Virus record (IMG/VR): IMGVR_UViG_3300032315_000675
Location: 13,404-77,403 of that record
Strand: one strand, 5' to 3'
Source: a virus
Length of the DNA stretch: 64,000 bases
Shown here piece by piece: positions 1 through 9,870 of this stretch. Below the pieces are notes generated by a model. The model worked only from the letters and a program-made list of their open reading frames with translations, did not search any database and was not told the origin of the DNA. Every line of letters starts with the position of its first letter. The first letter of the stretch is position 1. The position numbers and the translations under genes were made by a program.

Positions 1-1
1 C

Positions 2-214
2 GGTATAGCAAAGTTGACTATCATCCCGGCAACTGGGTGTGAAGCACTTGCTGACATGCTCTACAAGTTCATCAACAGTGTCTATATCCCAGATCATTGG
101 GGTTCGGGTGAAGCTGAACGACTTTGGTGCTATCGAGTAGAAGTTCGTGAAACACAAAGCAACATGGCTTTCCGTGAAGGTCATCGTGAATGGAATGAGG
201 ATTTGATCGGATGA
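2..214 (+). CDS. queD: 6-carboxytetrahydropterin synthase QueD-like, C-terminal part (truncated by window edge)
   Basis: PATGCEALA...VEVRET resembles the T-fold QueD C-terminus; queE lies 1.1 kb downstream. Confidence 0.7.
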   Translation, partial: GIAKLTIIPATGCEALADMLYKFINSVYIPDHWGSGEAERLWCYRVEVRETQSNMAFREGHREWNEDLIG

Positions 215-375
215 AGTTAGTTGAAAAGAAAGTAACGGTAGGTGATGACCTCCTTCCAGTAATGACCGTTACTATGGAACTTAGCATGGAAAAGATCATG
301 GATGAACAAGCAATTGATCCTAATTTCTATGCGGAATTTGGTAGGAAGTTCTTTCAGGCACTTGAAAACAAATGA
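211..375 (+). CDS. hypothetical protein (54 aa, not in ORF track)
   Basis: ATGA overlap with queD stop; open to TGA at 373. Confidence 0.55.
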   Translation: MKLVEKKVTVGDDLLPVMTVTMELSMEKIMDEQAIDPNFYAEFGRKFFQALENK

Positions 376-387
376 GGATAAGAGATA

Positions 388-936
388 ATGACTAAGAAAG
401 TACACTACACAGAAAAACAAATCGACACCTTTATCCATACTATCATTCGACAACTAACCAATGATGATTGGAAACCTGACTATATAGTTGGTGTTACTCG
501 CGGAGGACTAGTGCCTGCTCTTAAGATCAGTCACTACTTTGATGTTCCGATGGAAACTCTCAAGGTTAATCTGCGCGATGGCGGTGAAAGTGAAACAAAC
601 TGCTGGATGTCAGAAGACGCATTCGGTTATGTTCCTGTATTAGAACGAGCAATCGTAAAGAGCCGCTGGGACACGAAGAAGCGTAAGAATATTCTTATCG
701 TAGATGATGTCAATGACACTGGTGCAACTCTAGAATGGATCAAGAAAAGTTGGGAAAGCTGCTGCTTACCCAACGAACCTACATGGGAAACAGTCTGGGG
801 GAACAATGTTCGCTTTGCTGTATTAGTTAACAATGACGCAAGTCCTACAGAAGTCAATTATATCGGGGAGTCTATCAATAAGACAGAAGACCCTCAGTGG
901 TGTGTTTTTCCCTGGGAGTGTTGGTGGAAACTTTAA
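388..936 (+). CDS. type I phosphoribosyltransferase (xanthine/guanine PRT-like)
   Basis: IVGVTRGGLVPA, PRPP-binding ILIVDDVNDTGAT, C-terminal W-x-x-FPWE. Confidence 0.9.
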   Translation: MTKKVHYTEKQIDTFIHTIIRQLTNDDWKPDYIVGVTRGGLVPALKISHYFDVPMETLKVNLRDGGESETNCWMSEDAFGYVPVLERAIVKSRWDTKKRKNILIVDDVNDTGATLEWIKKSWESCCLPNEPTWETVWGNNVRFAVLVNNDASPTEVNYIGESINKTEDPQWCVFPWECWWKL

Positions 937-1325
937 GAGACGACTTGATGGTGCAACAGCAGATAACGACTGATTGGGAACATATGGTCGGAGTGATCAT
1001 GCTGAACCAAACAGGAAGAAAGCCTGTGAAATACGTTCTGCCGAAATTCTTAAAAAAGTTTCCAAACCCAACAAGTCTCCTAAATAGCACAGTGGAGGAA
1101 GTGATCGATATCATCAAGCCACTTGGTATGTATAACATCAGAGAGAAACGGTTGCGCCGAATGTCAGAGGACTACTTGACTTGGAATAAACAAGATGCGT
1201 TAGCCCTTTACGGAATCGGTAAATACGGTAATGATAGTTATGAGATTTTCTTTAAACAAAACTACGACGTAACACCCACCGATAAAGAATTAGTGCGGTT
1301 CCTAAATGATAGAAAAGATAGTTGA
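924..1325 (+). CDS. HhH-GPD (MBD4-like) DNA glycosylase
   Basis: MLNQT, IIKPLGM, HhH motif LYGIGKYGNDSYEIF, PTDKEL; GTG start at 924 after GGAG. Confidence 0.8.
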   Translation: METLRDDLMVQQQITTDWEHMVGVIMLNQTGRKPVKYVLPKFLKKFPNPTSLLNSTVEEVIDIIKPLGMYNIREKRLRRMSEDYLTWNKQDALALYGIGKYGNDSYEIFFKQNYDVTPTDKELVRFLNDRKDS

Positions 1326-1327
1326 CA

Positions 1328-2170
1328 ATGGCTGTGATTAAAGTAAGCGAATTATTCTACTCAATTCAAGGTGAAGGACGATACATGGGCGTACCAAGTA
1401 TTTTCCTCAGAACGTTTGGCTGTAACTTCACTTGCGGCGGATTCGGAATGCCTAAAGGAGAGATGTCAGACGAGCGTGAGAAGTTAAATCCAAAAGATTA
1501 TACTGAGTATGGTTCTCTTCCGCTTCTCTCTACAGGCTGCGATTCATATGCATCCTGGGATCCTCGGTTTAAGCATCTGTCTCCTGTCAGAGACATCGAT
1601 TCTATCGTCGATAGTATTATGAAGCTGCTACCGTTTGGAGAATGGAGGGACGAACACCTTGTCATCACAGGAGGAGAACCTCTCTTAGGTTGGCAACGTG
1701 CTTATCCTGCGTTACTCGGTCATCCCAAAATGAAGGGTCTGAAGGAGATTACGTTTGAGACAAATGGTACACAAGAGTTGAGCGAAGAACTGTATGGGTT
1801 TTTGATCGACTGGGAAACTTCACAAAATAATCGACAGGTTACATTTAGTGTCAGTGCAAAACTAAGCTGTAGCGGTGAGTCTAGAGAACGGGCAATCTGC
1901 CCAGACATTGTCAGTAACTATGAGAATGTTGGGTATGCGTATCTCAAGTTTGTGATCGCTACCGAAGATGATGCTCAAGAAGCTCTTGAAGTAACCAAGC
2001 TTTATCGTGATAGCGGGTTCGAAGGACCCGTGTATTTCATGCCAGTAGGCGGTGTTGAAAGTGTCTACCATCTTAACAACAAGAATGTTGCACTGGCTGC
2101 GATGAAGCACGGTGTTCGCTATAGTGATCGTTTACAAGTCCCTCTTTTCAAAAATCAATGGGCAACTTAA
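1328..2170 (+). CDS. queE: 7-carboxy-7-deazaguanine synthase QueE (radical SAM)
   Basis: ELFYSIQGEG, FLRTFGCNFTC...GCDS, VITGGEPLL, FETNGT, LKFVI. Confidence 0.9.
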   Translation: MAVIKVSELFYSIQGEGRYMGVPSIFLRTFGCNFTCGGFGMPKGEMSDEREKLNPKDYTEYGSLPLLSTGCDSYASWDPRFKHLSPVRDIDSIVDSIMKLLPFGEWRDEHLVITGGEPLLGWQRAYPALLGHPKMKGLKEITFETNGTQELSEELYGFLIDWETSQNNRQVTFSVSAKLSCSGESRERAICPDIVSNYENVGYAYLKFVIATEDDAQEALEVTKLYRDSGFEGPVYFMPVGGVESVYHLNNKNVALAAMKHGVRYSDRLQVPLFKNQWAT

Positions 2171-2182
2171 GGAGATAACAAT

Positions 2183-2446
2183 ATGAAGAAAATTTATGAA
2201 GTGTTAGTAGCATATGACCCTGAATTAGGTCGTGATGTTCGTTGTAGATCAGACATTGATACCCAAGGTGGATTCACCCGATTGGAAGATGGTACTATAC
2301 TGCACCGAGATTCTAAGACTAAGAAACACAGACTTTTTATGCGAGTATATAAGGGTCCTGCCCGAGAAGCACACCAGCTTGCAGGAACGCTTAGGTTAGC
2401 ATATGATGGATTGGGGATTCCTCATTCTATTCTTAGGAGAGTATGA
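2183..2446 (+). CDS. hypothetical protein
   Basis: AAGGAG SD; ATGA overlap with next gene. Confidence 0.7.
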   Translation: MKKIYEVLVAYDPELGRDVRCRSDIDTQGGFTRLEDGTILHRDSKTKKHRLFMRVYKGPAREAHQLAGTLRLAYDGLGIPHSILRRV

Positions 2447-3780
2447 TAGTGAAGCGAATCGGGTTTCTAGTTAGTTCACAGACGCTAATTCCTCATGGCG
2501 GTATCGGTCAATTCACAAAGAGCTTTTGTGATATGATGGATGCTCGCGGCATCAAAGTAGACATCATTACCGACAAGTCGCCTCAGGGCGTTGCTGATGA
2601 GTTTATCAAAGAAATTAAAGCAAACATCATCTATCCAAAAAAAACTCGCACATACACGGATCATAGTGCCATTTTTATGTACGGTGATAGTTACTGCTAT
2701 GAACGTATGGCAAACTTTCGCAACGCAATTGTCAAGGCATTAACTACTAATATTTACGATGCCTTTGTTTGCAATACGTACGAGACCGTGCAAGTTGCAA
2801 GCACTATGGGACTTGAGGATTGTATTCAAGTCATTGCTTACACTCACCTCGAGAGCCAAATCTTCAAGGACACTAAGAATCCGTTCTTAGATAACGTCAA
2901 TGAAATGATGCGTAAGCAACTAGGCATCAACAACGTTGCCATTGGAACACAAAGCAAGTTCAATCAACTACAATTTTGGGAAGGAAATGCATTTCATCTT
3001 CCTATTCCCTTACCAGAGCAAGGGCTATTGCAAGAATACAATAAGCCACGTGAAGGTGTATTGTTCATCGGTCGATGGGAAGAAGGCAAGAACCCTGAAC
3101 TTTATCTCGATCTTATTGAACAGACTAAGTTGCCTGCCCGTGTTATGACTAACGCGAATGGTGCTAAGAAATTTGAAGACCGTTTGAAGAAGTTAGGGGT
3201 TGACTACAAGATTGCTGTCAGCGTCATTGGACAAGAGAAGGTAGATTTCATCACAAGCTGCCGAGTGGCATTCAATCCTAGCACAGTAGAAAGCTACGGT
3301 ATTGCGTTCCATGAACAGACTATTCAACTACCTACGTTTGCTCTTGAGAACCAACGCTGGACCCAAAACTTTGATAGCCGTTCATTCTTCACTACAAACA
3401 AGAAGAATATGGCAACAGACATTATAGAAGCATATAATAATTACGACACCGCAGAGAAGTGGTATGCTAACGGGTACCTTGAAGTATTCAAAGCACAAGA
3501 AGACCAAGTGTTCCATCATTGGAACGAGTGTTTCGGTAGCTTTACCGGCAAGCAATCTAACAGCAGTACTGCTAAGATATGTAATGAAACTACAGTAAAA
3601 TACGCTGACTTCATTGACGCACTGAAGCGTAACATCATTTGCATAGATGATGTCAGGTCAGTACTCACAAACAGACACAAGTTCCGTGTCATCTACACTG
3701 ACAAGGATACGTGGTTGACTAAGGATCCTTCTTTTGAACCATCAGAAGAAGTTACTGGATTAGGATTATTTGAGTTTTAA
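2443..3780 (+). CDS. GT-B (GT4-like) glycosyltransferase
   Basis: N-terminal PHGGIGQF, LFIGRWEEGKN, PSTVESYGIAFHE (ExxGxxxxE motif). Confidence 0.85.
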   Translation: MIVKRIGFLVSSQTLIPHGGIGQFTKSFCDMMDARGIKVDIITDKSPQGVADEFIKEIKANIIYPKKTRTYTDHSAIFMYGDSYCYERMANFRNAIVKALTTNIYDAFVCNTYETVQVASTMGLEDCIQVIAYTHLESQIFKDTKNPFLDNVNEMMRKQLGINNVAIGTQSKFNQLQFWEGNAFHLPIPLPEQGLLQEYNKPREGVLFIGRWEEGKNPELYLDLIEQTKLPARVMTNANGAKKFEDRLKKLGVDYKIAVSVIGQEKVDFITSCRVAFNPSTVESYGIAFHEQTIQLPTFALENQRWTQNFDSRSFFTTNKKNMATDIIEAYNNYDTAEKWYANGYLEVFKAQEDQVFHHWNECFGSFTGKQSNSSTAKICNETTVKYADFIDALKRNIICIDDVRSVLTNRHKFRVIYTDKDTWLTKDPSFEPSEEVTGLGLFEF

Positions 3781-3781
3781 T

Positions 3782-4630
3782 ATGAAAAAGGTTTTAGTGA
3801 CAGGCTGTTCAGGATACATCGGATCACATCTTTGCAAGCTACTTGAAAATGATTATGAGGTATACGGACTTGATGTGCGTCAACCTAATCATCCGGTAAA
3901 AGAATTCTTTCAGCTTGACATCAACAAGCCGTTCAAGACTGATAGAGAGTTTGACGCAGTTGTGCATCTGGCTGCGCTAGTCAACGTCAGTGAGAGTGAA
4001 GTGGTTCCAATCATGTATTACATCACTAACCTTAACGGCACGATGAATGTACTGAATAAGGTCAAGACGAAAAACTTTATCTTTGCTTCTACCGGCGCAG
4101 CAGCACTATGTGAGAGCGCATACGGTATTAGTAAGAGAGCCGCAGAAGATGTGGTCACCGAATATTGTACGCGCCACACCTCTACTCCTCACACGATTTT
4201 TAGGTTCTATAACGTTCTTGGTTCCTCAAGTTATCCTCCCACTAATCCAGATGGCTTGATGTATAAGATGATGGAATCTAGTTATACCAGAGAGTTCACG
4301 ATCTTCGGGGATGATTATGACACCCCAGACGGAACGTGTGTGCGTGACTACGTTCACGTTGATGAAATCTGCGAGGCTATCAAGCTAGCGATTGAAAAGC
4401 CAGCTAATAAGATCGAGTGTTTAGGTCACGGTGTAGGATACACTGTTAGAGAAATCTTTGACAAGTTCTTAGAAGTGAACGAAGAAGCATTGTATAAAGA
4501 CACTGATGAGGCAATTATTTGTAAAGTCGGTCCCCGTAGAAAAGGGGACGTACCTCATAGCGTACTAGAAGATGTGTCCCCTTATATGAAAAATCTCTAT
4601 ACTATAGAAGAGTTACTCAAACTACCTTAG
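3782..4630 (+). CDS. NAD-dependent NDP-sugar epimerase (GalE-like)
   Basis: VTGCSGYIGSH, HLAA, YGISK (YxxxK), FRFYNV, DGTCVRDYVHV. Confidence 0.92.
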   Translation: MKKVLVTGCSGYIGSHLCKLLENDYEVYGLDVRQPNHPVKEFFQLDINKPFKTDREFDAVVHLAALVNVSESEVVPIMYYITNLNGTMNVLNKVKTKNFIFASTGAAALCESAYGISKRAAEDVVTEYCTRHTSTPHTIFRFYNVLGSSSYPPTNPDGLMYKMMESSYTREFTIFGDDYDTPDGTCVRDYVHVDEICEAIKLAIEKPANKIECLGHGVGYTVREIFDKFLEVNEEALYKDTDEAIICKVGPRRKGDVPHSVLEDVSPYMKNLYTIEELLKLP

Positions 4631-5934
4631 TGCATCAATAGGAATGAGTTAAGAACGTCATTGCGATTGGCGGAGTCGTCGCCGTCGCCCGGCTTAACAA
4701 TGACGTTCCACTTACCTACTTCCTTACCTTGAGGTGTTTTCATCATCTCATCATAAGTCAAGATGGACTCCGGCTTTACGCTGTATTTTGCAGCAATGCG
4801 TTGCTTAAGCGAATTGATTGCGTTCTTGTCGATGTAGAACAGCTTTCCTTTCTCGTCTCGGTCAAGAAGGTCCTTGAATAGAACCTCGGGAACAACTCGA
4901 CTGTTCTTAGTTTTTTGGAAGTCAATCTGCTTCTCTTCTCCTGGCTTCGCACCCATCGAATAGTTAATCTTGAAGTTGTCTGGCTTTCCGCCCTGTGCAA
5001 CTGATGCTAGTTTGGTGTAAGCATAGAAATCTACATTAGGGTGCTTTTTAGCTAATGCATACGACATTGCAAGATATTGAGGAGAGAAGAAGTCGCCGGC
5101 ATCATGCCATCGAATAACAAGTTTAGTTTTCTTGTCTTTCTTGTTGAACTTCTTGTCGGCAGCATCAATTTCTCTGCTCATCATGTCCATGAAGCCGTCA
5201 GGGTCATTATACAAGAAGTTTAGAAGCTGCGTTTGTCCTTCAGCAACATTCTTCCACTGAACATATCCGCCCTTCATAGCATAACAGTAAGTCTGACATT
5301 CTCCTGCGCCCGGGCAAGTATCGATGATCACAAACTTCTTGTCGTCTTCGTCATATGCTAGTCCCTTTAGAGCAGGAAGACCGATGTTGTAAAACACACT
5401 AGTACTACCATCGCTATGCTGCATCTTTTCATTCTGCTTTAGAATCTTACCCGGACGCCGAGTGATCAAGTTCTGTAGAGCATCTAGGTCATACTTTTTA
5501 CCGTCTTGGTCAACGATAGGAACTACTGAACTTCGGTGAATGTAGGGCTGCTTGAACTTGTCCTGCTTAGTTTTGCCTGACACATACTTGTCAGTTCCGC
5601 GAGCGGTCTTTTTTGCTGCACCCGTCTTAGGGTCTGTGACAGGTTTACCCATGATACGATCTAGATAACCCTTCAATTCCTTTGGACTTAACTCACGAGA
5701 AGGTGCGTCAAGTTTAGCTTCTTCAATTTCCTCATCGTCCCAACGCTTATCATCTGCGTCGTCTTCGGGGTACTCCGGGGTGTCGCCTGGTTCTTCTTCA
5801 TCAGGTGTTACCACCCCCGCTGCATTGAGAAACTGATCCAATGTCATCACGTTCAGTTTATCCGAAAACGGAGAAGAACCCTTGACTTCTTCCGAATTCT
5901 CTGTTATAAGATTGAGTATGTTTCTAATATCCAT
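4627..5934 (-). CDS. GP88-like Cys-cluster protein with acidic N-terminal leader
   Basis: TCPGAGECQTYCYA, IRWHDAGDF, FYAYTK; late-type GATAAATA upstream at ~5964-5971. Confidence 0.7.
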   Translation of the reverse strand: MDIRNILNLITENSEEVKGSSPFSDKLNVMTLDQFLNAAGVVTPDEEEPGDTPEYPEDDADDKRWDDEEIEEAKLDAPSRELSPKELKGYLDRIMGKPVTDPKTGAAKKTARGTDKYVSGKTKQDKFKQPYIHRSSVVPIVDQDGKKYDLDALQNLITRRPGKILKQNEKMQHSDGSTSVFYNIGLPALKGLAYDEDDKKFVIIDTCPGAGECQTYCYAMKGGYVQWKNVAEGQTQLLNFLYNDPDGFMDMMSREIDAADKKFNKKDKKTKLVIRWHDAGDFFSPQYLAMSYALAKKHPNVDFYAYTKLASVAQGGKPDNFKINYSMGAKPGEEKQIDFQKTKNSRVVPEVLFKDLLDRDEKGKLFYIDKNAINSLKQRIAAKYSVKPESILTYDEMMKTPQGKEVGKWNVIVKPGDGDDSANRNDVLNSFLLMH

Positions 5935-5990
5935 GATAAATCCTAGTATCTTTGATGTGCTTGTATTTATCAATTTAAAAGAGGTTAGCT

Positions 5991-6581
5991 ATTAACATTT
6001 TTTATATACACTCTGACCCAACCATTGCTGCACAGTCGATGGTTGACCGTCACGTAGTTAAAATGATTTTGGAGACGGCCCAGCTACTCTCTACTGCACA
6101 TCGGGTGATCGATGGTGTAGAGTATGCGGGTCAGTCCCAGTCTGGTCGTAAAGCAAAACGATGGCGGTTGTCAGGTAATGCTGACGCTATTATGTATGCT
6201 GCTACTCATATCAATCATCCTTCAGCAGTTTGGGTTCGTGAAAACTCTGCCAACTATGTTTGGTTGTATGAACATCTATTAGCACTTGGTCGCGAGTATA
6301 CTTATCGGTATGGTCGTACCCATCTTACTATTGATAAGCTAAAGGATATTCTCAAGGAAGCTCCTGAGCAGATCACAGAAAGCAAAGTAATGACTAAGAT
6401 GCCATCTTGTATGGACAAGCAGTACATTGTTAGCCTGGACCCGATTGTCAACTATCGTAATTATTACAACTACGGAAAGACTGACTTACTGCGCTGGACT
6501 GACCGCGAACCTCCCGGCTGGATCGACGGTGAAGTTATTCAGCAGTCAGGTAAAAAGACGATATATACTATTGAAAGGTAA
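5991..6581 (+). CDS. pyrimidine-dimer DNA glycosylase / endonuclease V-like, probable ATT start
   Basis: (I)NIFYIHSDP...HVVKMILETAQLLSTAH, THINHPSAVW, YRNYY; GAGG SD precedes in-frame ATT at 5991. Confidence 0.8.
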   Translation: MNIFYIHSDPTIAAQSMVDRHVVKMILETAQLLSTAHRVIDGVEYAGQSQSGRKAKRWRLSGNADAIMYAATHINHPSAVWVRENSANYVWLYEHLLALGREYTYRYGRTHLTIDKLKDILKEAPEQITESKVMTKMPSCMDKQYIVSLDPIVNYRNYYNYGKTDLLRWTDREPPGWIDGEVIQQSGKKTIYTIER

Positions 6582-6585
6582 AAAT

Positions 6586-7032
6586 ATGTTTGACAAATTA
6601 AAGAAATGGTTCACTGACCCGATGTTTCCGGAAGAACAGCCGGCGGCTCCTGAACCAAAGCCTGAACCAAAACCTGAAGTGAAGGCACCTAGAAAGCCTA
6701 AGGTGGAACTCACTGACAAGGAAAAGGCTACTGCGGCTGGTGAACCCTACATCGCTATTCTCAAGGTTGATCTGGATCCAAATGACATCAACAATGGTGC
6801 ATTTGATCTTGACTGGAATGACAAGTTCCTTCTCAATCTAATTAAACAAGGGTACAAGATTCGTGCCGATGACACAGACGCCATGATCGTTGACCGTTGG
6901 TTCCAAACTGTTTGTCGAAATATCGCACTTGAGGTATACGAGCAAGAACAAGCTGATCCAGATAAGCGAGAAAGCGACATGCGTATTATTCAGCAGCGTG
7001 ATCTGGGCGGCGGATACACAGAAGTTAGCTGA
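6586..7032 (+). CDS. hypothetical protein
   Basis: AAGG SD before ATG 6586; Pro-rich linker followed by globular region. Confidence 0.7.
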   Translation: MFDKLKKWFTDPMFPEEQPAAPEPKPEPKPEVKAPRKPKVELTDKEKATAAGEPYIAILKVDLDPNDINNGAFDLDWNDKFLLNLIKQGYKIRADDTDAMIVDRWFQTVCRNIALEVYEQEQADPDKRESDMRIIQQRDLGGGYTEVS

Positions 7033-7078
7033 TAGTACAAATAAGATGATATTAACATATAAAAAGGAACTTGAATAA

Positions 7079-7564
7079 ATGCGATATCTTACTGATCTTG
7101 TAGAATACGTACATTCCAATCGTAGTATCGAAACAAAAAAATATATTATTCATCAAATGGTTAAAACGGTAGATTCCAATAAAGGGTATTTATGGGAAGA
7201 GGTATTAGAAAAGGCAATGTCCCACACGACACGATTGCCCGGTAACTCGGTTGGTATGGACTTTACCGATACTACAGATGCGAAGTTGGCTAGGTTCTCT
7301 AGAAAGAAAAACGCAAGTACACTAGAGGCTTCTATAAGCGGGATCGCTAATAAGGTTGGTCCTCTACGGGTGTGTTTGCTAGTTCCTGGACATGAATTCC
7401 ATCGTCTCATGTACATGTTTATTCCTTATGAAGCGTATGCGCCATACATAAGAGGGCATAGCAGTGCATTGAAAGTGACGTTGAGTCCACGGGGGAATGT
7501 TCAGGGACCTCTTTCCAAATATGTTTGTTCGTTCGATGAAGTATGCAAACCATATACTAATTAG
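7079..7564 (+). CDS. hypothetical protein, possibly PD-(D/E)xK nuclease fold
   Basis: GMDFTDTTDAK resembles D...D-x-K; weak match. Confidence 0.4.
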   Translation: MRYLTDLVEYVHSNRSIETKKYIIHQMVKTVDSNKGYLWEEVLEKAMSHTTRLPGNSVGMDFTDTTDAKLARFSRKKNASTLEASISGIANKVGPLRVCLLVPGHEFHRLMYMFIPYEAYAPYIRGHSSALKVTLSPRGNVQGPLSKYVCSFDEVCKPYTN

Positions 7565-7623
7565 GACTTGACAACTGCTCATAAATAGCGTATTATCTAC
7601 GTATATTATGATAAAGGTATCTC

Positions 7624-8628
7624 GTGAAATACGCACTGATCGACACTGCTAACACTTTCTTCCGCGCCCGCCATGTTGCTGCTCGCAACACTGATACGTG
7701 GGAGAAGATTGGCATGGCTATGCATCTAACGCTTTCGTCTGTAAATCAGGCTGTGCGTATGTTCAACATTGACCACGTTGTGTTCTGTCTTGAAGGACGT
7801 TCATGGCGTAAAGAATTCTACAAGCCCTACAAAGCGCATCGTGCTATTGATAACACTGCGTTGACTGAGGCTGAAATCGAAGAAAATAAGATGTTCTGGG
7901 AAACGTATGAAGCATTCACTACGTTCCTGTCGCAGAAGACTAATGCTAGTGTGTTGCGTCATCCTAATGCAGAAGCAGATGACCTTATCGCCCGCTTTGT
8001 TGACTTGCACCCCGAAGATGAACACTATATCATTTCGTCCGACACTGACTTCGTTCAGTTGATCAGCGAGAATGTGCATCAGTACAACGGTGTCGCAGGT
8101 CAGTTGATCAAGCTAGACGGGTATTTCAATGATCGAGGTAAGCCTGTCAAGGACAAGAAGACCGGTGAGCAAAAGCTGCTAGAAGATCCGGAATACCTTC
8201 TCTTTAAGAAGATCATTCGCGGCGATGCTACTGACAATGTGTTCTCTGCATACCCCGGTGTTCGTGAGAAGGGTTCTAAGAACTCTGTCGGCATCAAGGA
8301 AGCATTTGAAGATCGCAACAAGCAAGGATTCAACTGGAACAATCTGATGCTACAGCGTTGGTCTGATCACAACGGCGATGAACATCGTGTCAAGGATGAC
8401 TACGAACGCAACAAGACGCTGATTGATCTCCGAGCGCAACCAGCAGAAATCAAGGCTGCGGTCGACAGCGTGATCAAAGAGAACGTGCGTACAACTGTAA
8501 CCCCAATGGTTGGCATTCATCTTATGAAGTTCTGCGGCAAGTATGAACTCACAAAGATTTCTGAGCAAGCTGAAACTTATTCCAAGTGGCTCAACAATAC
8601 GTATAAAGGAGTTCTCAATGCCGATTGA
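7624..8628 (+). CDS. rnh: T4 RNase H-like 5'-3' exonuclease / flap endonuclease
   Basis: LIDTAN, SWRK..YKPYKAHR, AEADDLIA, ISSDTDFVQL, RGDATDNV. Confidence 0.92.
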   Translation: MKYALIDTANTFFRARHVAARNTDTWEKIGMAMHLTLSSVNQAVRMFNIDHVVFCLEGRSWRKEFYKPYKAHRAIDNTALTEAEIEENKMFWETYEAFTTFLSQKTNASVLRHPNAEADDLIARFVDLHPEDEHYIISSDTDFVQLISENVHQYNGVAGQLIKLDGYFNDRGKPVKDKKTGEQKLLEDPEYLLFKKIIRGDATDNVFSAYPGVREKGSKNSVGIKEAFEDRNKQGFNWNNLMLQRWSDHNGDEHRVKDDYERNKTLIDLRAQPAEIKAAVDSVIKENVRTTVTPMVGIHLMKFCGKYELTKISEQAETYSKWLNNTYKGVLNAD

Positions 8629-8920
8629 TCCTGTATATCTCTGTAAAGATTGTAAGTTTAGCAAGATGGATGTCTTGGATACTATTTTTACACTCGGTGG
8701 CCGAATGGGTGTTAGAGGATCTATGTACAATTGTGCTAAAACAGTAAAGCTAGCGCATAGCGTACTTGACCCTGTCACAGGTCCCGAAAGGGTGAAGCCT
8801 GAGATGCCATATTGCTCGGTTGAACGGAAGTACGGCGACTGCGGCCCTAATGCAAAGCATTGGGTACCTAAACACAAGAAAGATTTATTTAAAATGTTGA
8901 CAAAGGAATCACATGACTGA
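8618..8920 (+). CDS. Cys-rich hypothetical protein
   Basis: AAGGAG SD; CKDCKF...C...C...CGPNAKHW. Confidence 0.65.
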   Translation: MPIDPVYLCKDCKFSKMDVLDTIFTLGGRMGVRGSMYNCAKTVKLAHSVLDPVTGPERVKPEMPYCSVERKYGDCGPNAKHWVPKHKKDLFKMLTKESHD

Positions 8921-9371
8921 ACTAGTAGCGAAGCCAATCGTAAAGAATCAGTTTTGGATCGTCACTGACGGTAACAAGAAGGTAGGAAACATTGAAGTTA
9001 ATAATGACGGGTACGGTGTCCGGCTTAATGGCACGTTGTTGCAGTTCAATAACACTGACGAGTTGAAGAAAAAGACTCATATTCGTTTTGAGCCTATAAA
9101 GTCAAACAACAAGAAAGTTTCGCTTCCCTATCCTGAATATCCAACTACTGCTCGCACTTACAACTCGCTACTTGATGTTAAACGAGGACTGCATCTTTTT
9201 ACTAAGACACGCAAGTCTAAATGTCAGCATGCCGCAGGTTGGTTTGTGATGGATCAAAACGGTGTTAAGGTTGTTGTTTTTTGTCCTAAATACATCTTTG
9301 TCCAGCGCTATCCGTACTCCGGACCTTACAAAACAGAAGCTGAGGCGGAAGCTCAGATAAATACAACATGA
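8913..9371 (+). CDS. hypothetical protein
   Basis: AAGGA SD; overlap-coupled ORF. Confidence 0.75.
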   Translation: MTELVAKPIVKNQFWIVTDGNKKVGNIEVNNDGYGVRLNGTLLQFNNTDELKKKTHIRFEPIKSNNKKVSLPYPEYPTTARTYNSLLDVKRGLHLFTKTRKSKCQHAAGWFVMDQNGVKVVVFCPKYIFVQRYPYSGPYKTEAEAEAQINTT

Positions 9372-9568
9372 TGCATATTAACCGATTCATGGATAGGATG
9401 ACCGTAGCTGACTCCAAACAAAACAAAGATTTGGTGTTGCCGATGACGGATGCCCGTGGGTTGCGCGATGATATCTCTAGATTGCTTTTAGACTTGCACG
9501 AGTTGTCTAAGAATAAGAATCAAAACGAGGTAATACAAGTCGAAGTTAAGGGCGGATCATTCAAGTGA
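9368..9568 (+). CDS. hypothetical protein
   Basis: ATGA overlap; late-type GATAAATA just upstream. Confidence 0.7.
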   Translation: MMHINRFMDRMTVADSKQNKDLVLPMTDARGLRDDISRLLLDLHELSKNKNQNEVIQVEVKGGSFK

Positions 9569-9870
9569 GTAGAACGCAACCAAATGTACTATTAGAGCAT
9601 GTAGATAAGAAGACCTACAAGTGTGACCAGATTGTAGAGGCTGCTGGAATTTGGGCTGTGTTCTACGACGGTCAGCCTATCAACCTCAAGTCTTCACATT
9701 ATCTAGCAAACGACGCTGCTCCGAAATACAAGAAAACAAGTTTTTCAAATCCAGGCCATGCTAGGAACTTATGCAGAAAACTAAACTCACAATTTAAGAC
9801 TGACAAGTTTACTGTAGTGTTTATGAACACCGGTAGAACGGTCTACCCTGATGACCTATCCCAAGACTAA
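9565..9870 (+). CDS. hypothetical protein
   Basis: GTGA overlap; coupled ORF. Confidence 0.7.
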   Translation: MSRTQPNVLLEHVDKKTYKCDQIVEAAGIWAVFYDGQPINLKSSHYLANDAAPKYKKTSFSNPGHARNLCRKLNSQFKTDKFTVVFMNTGRTVYPDDLSQD

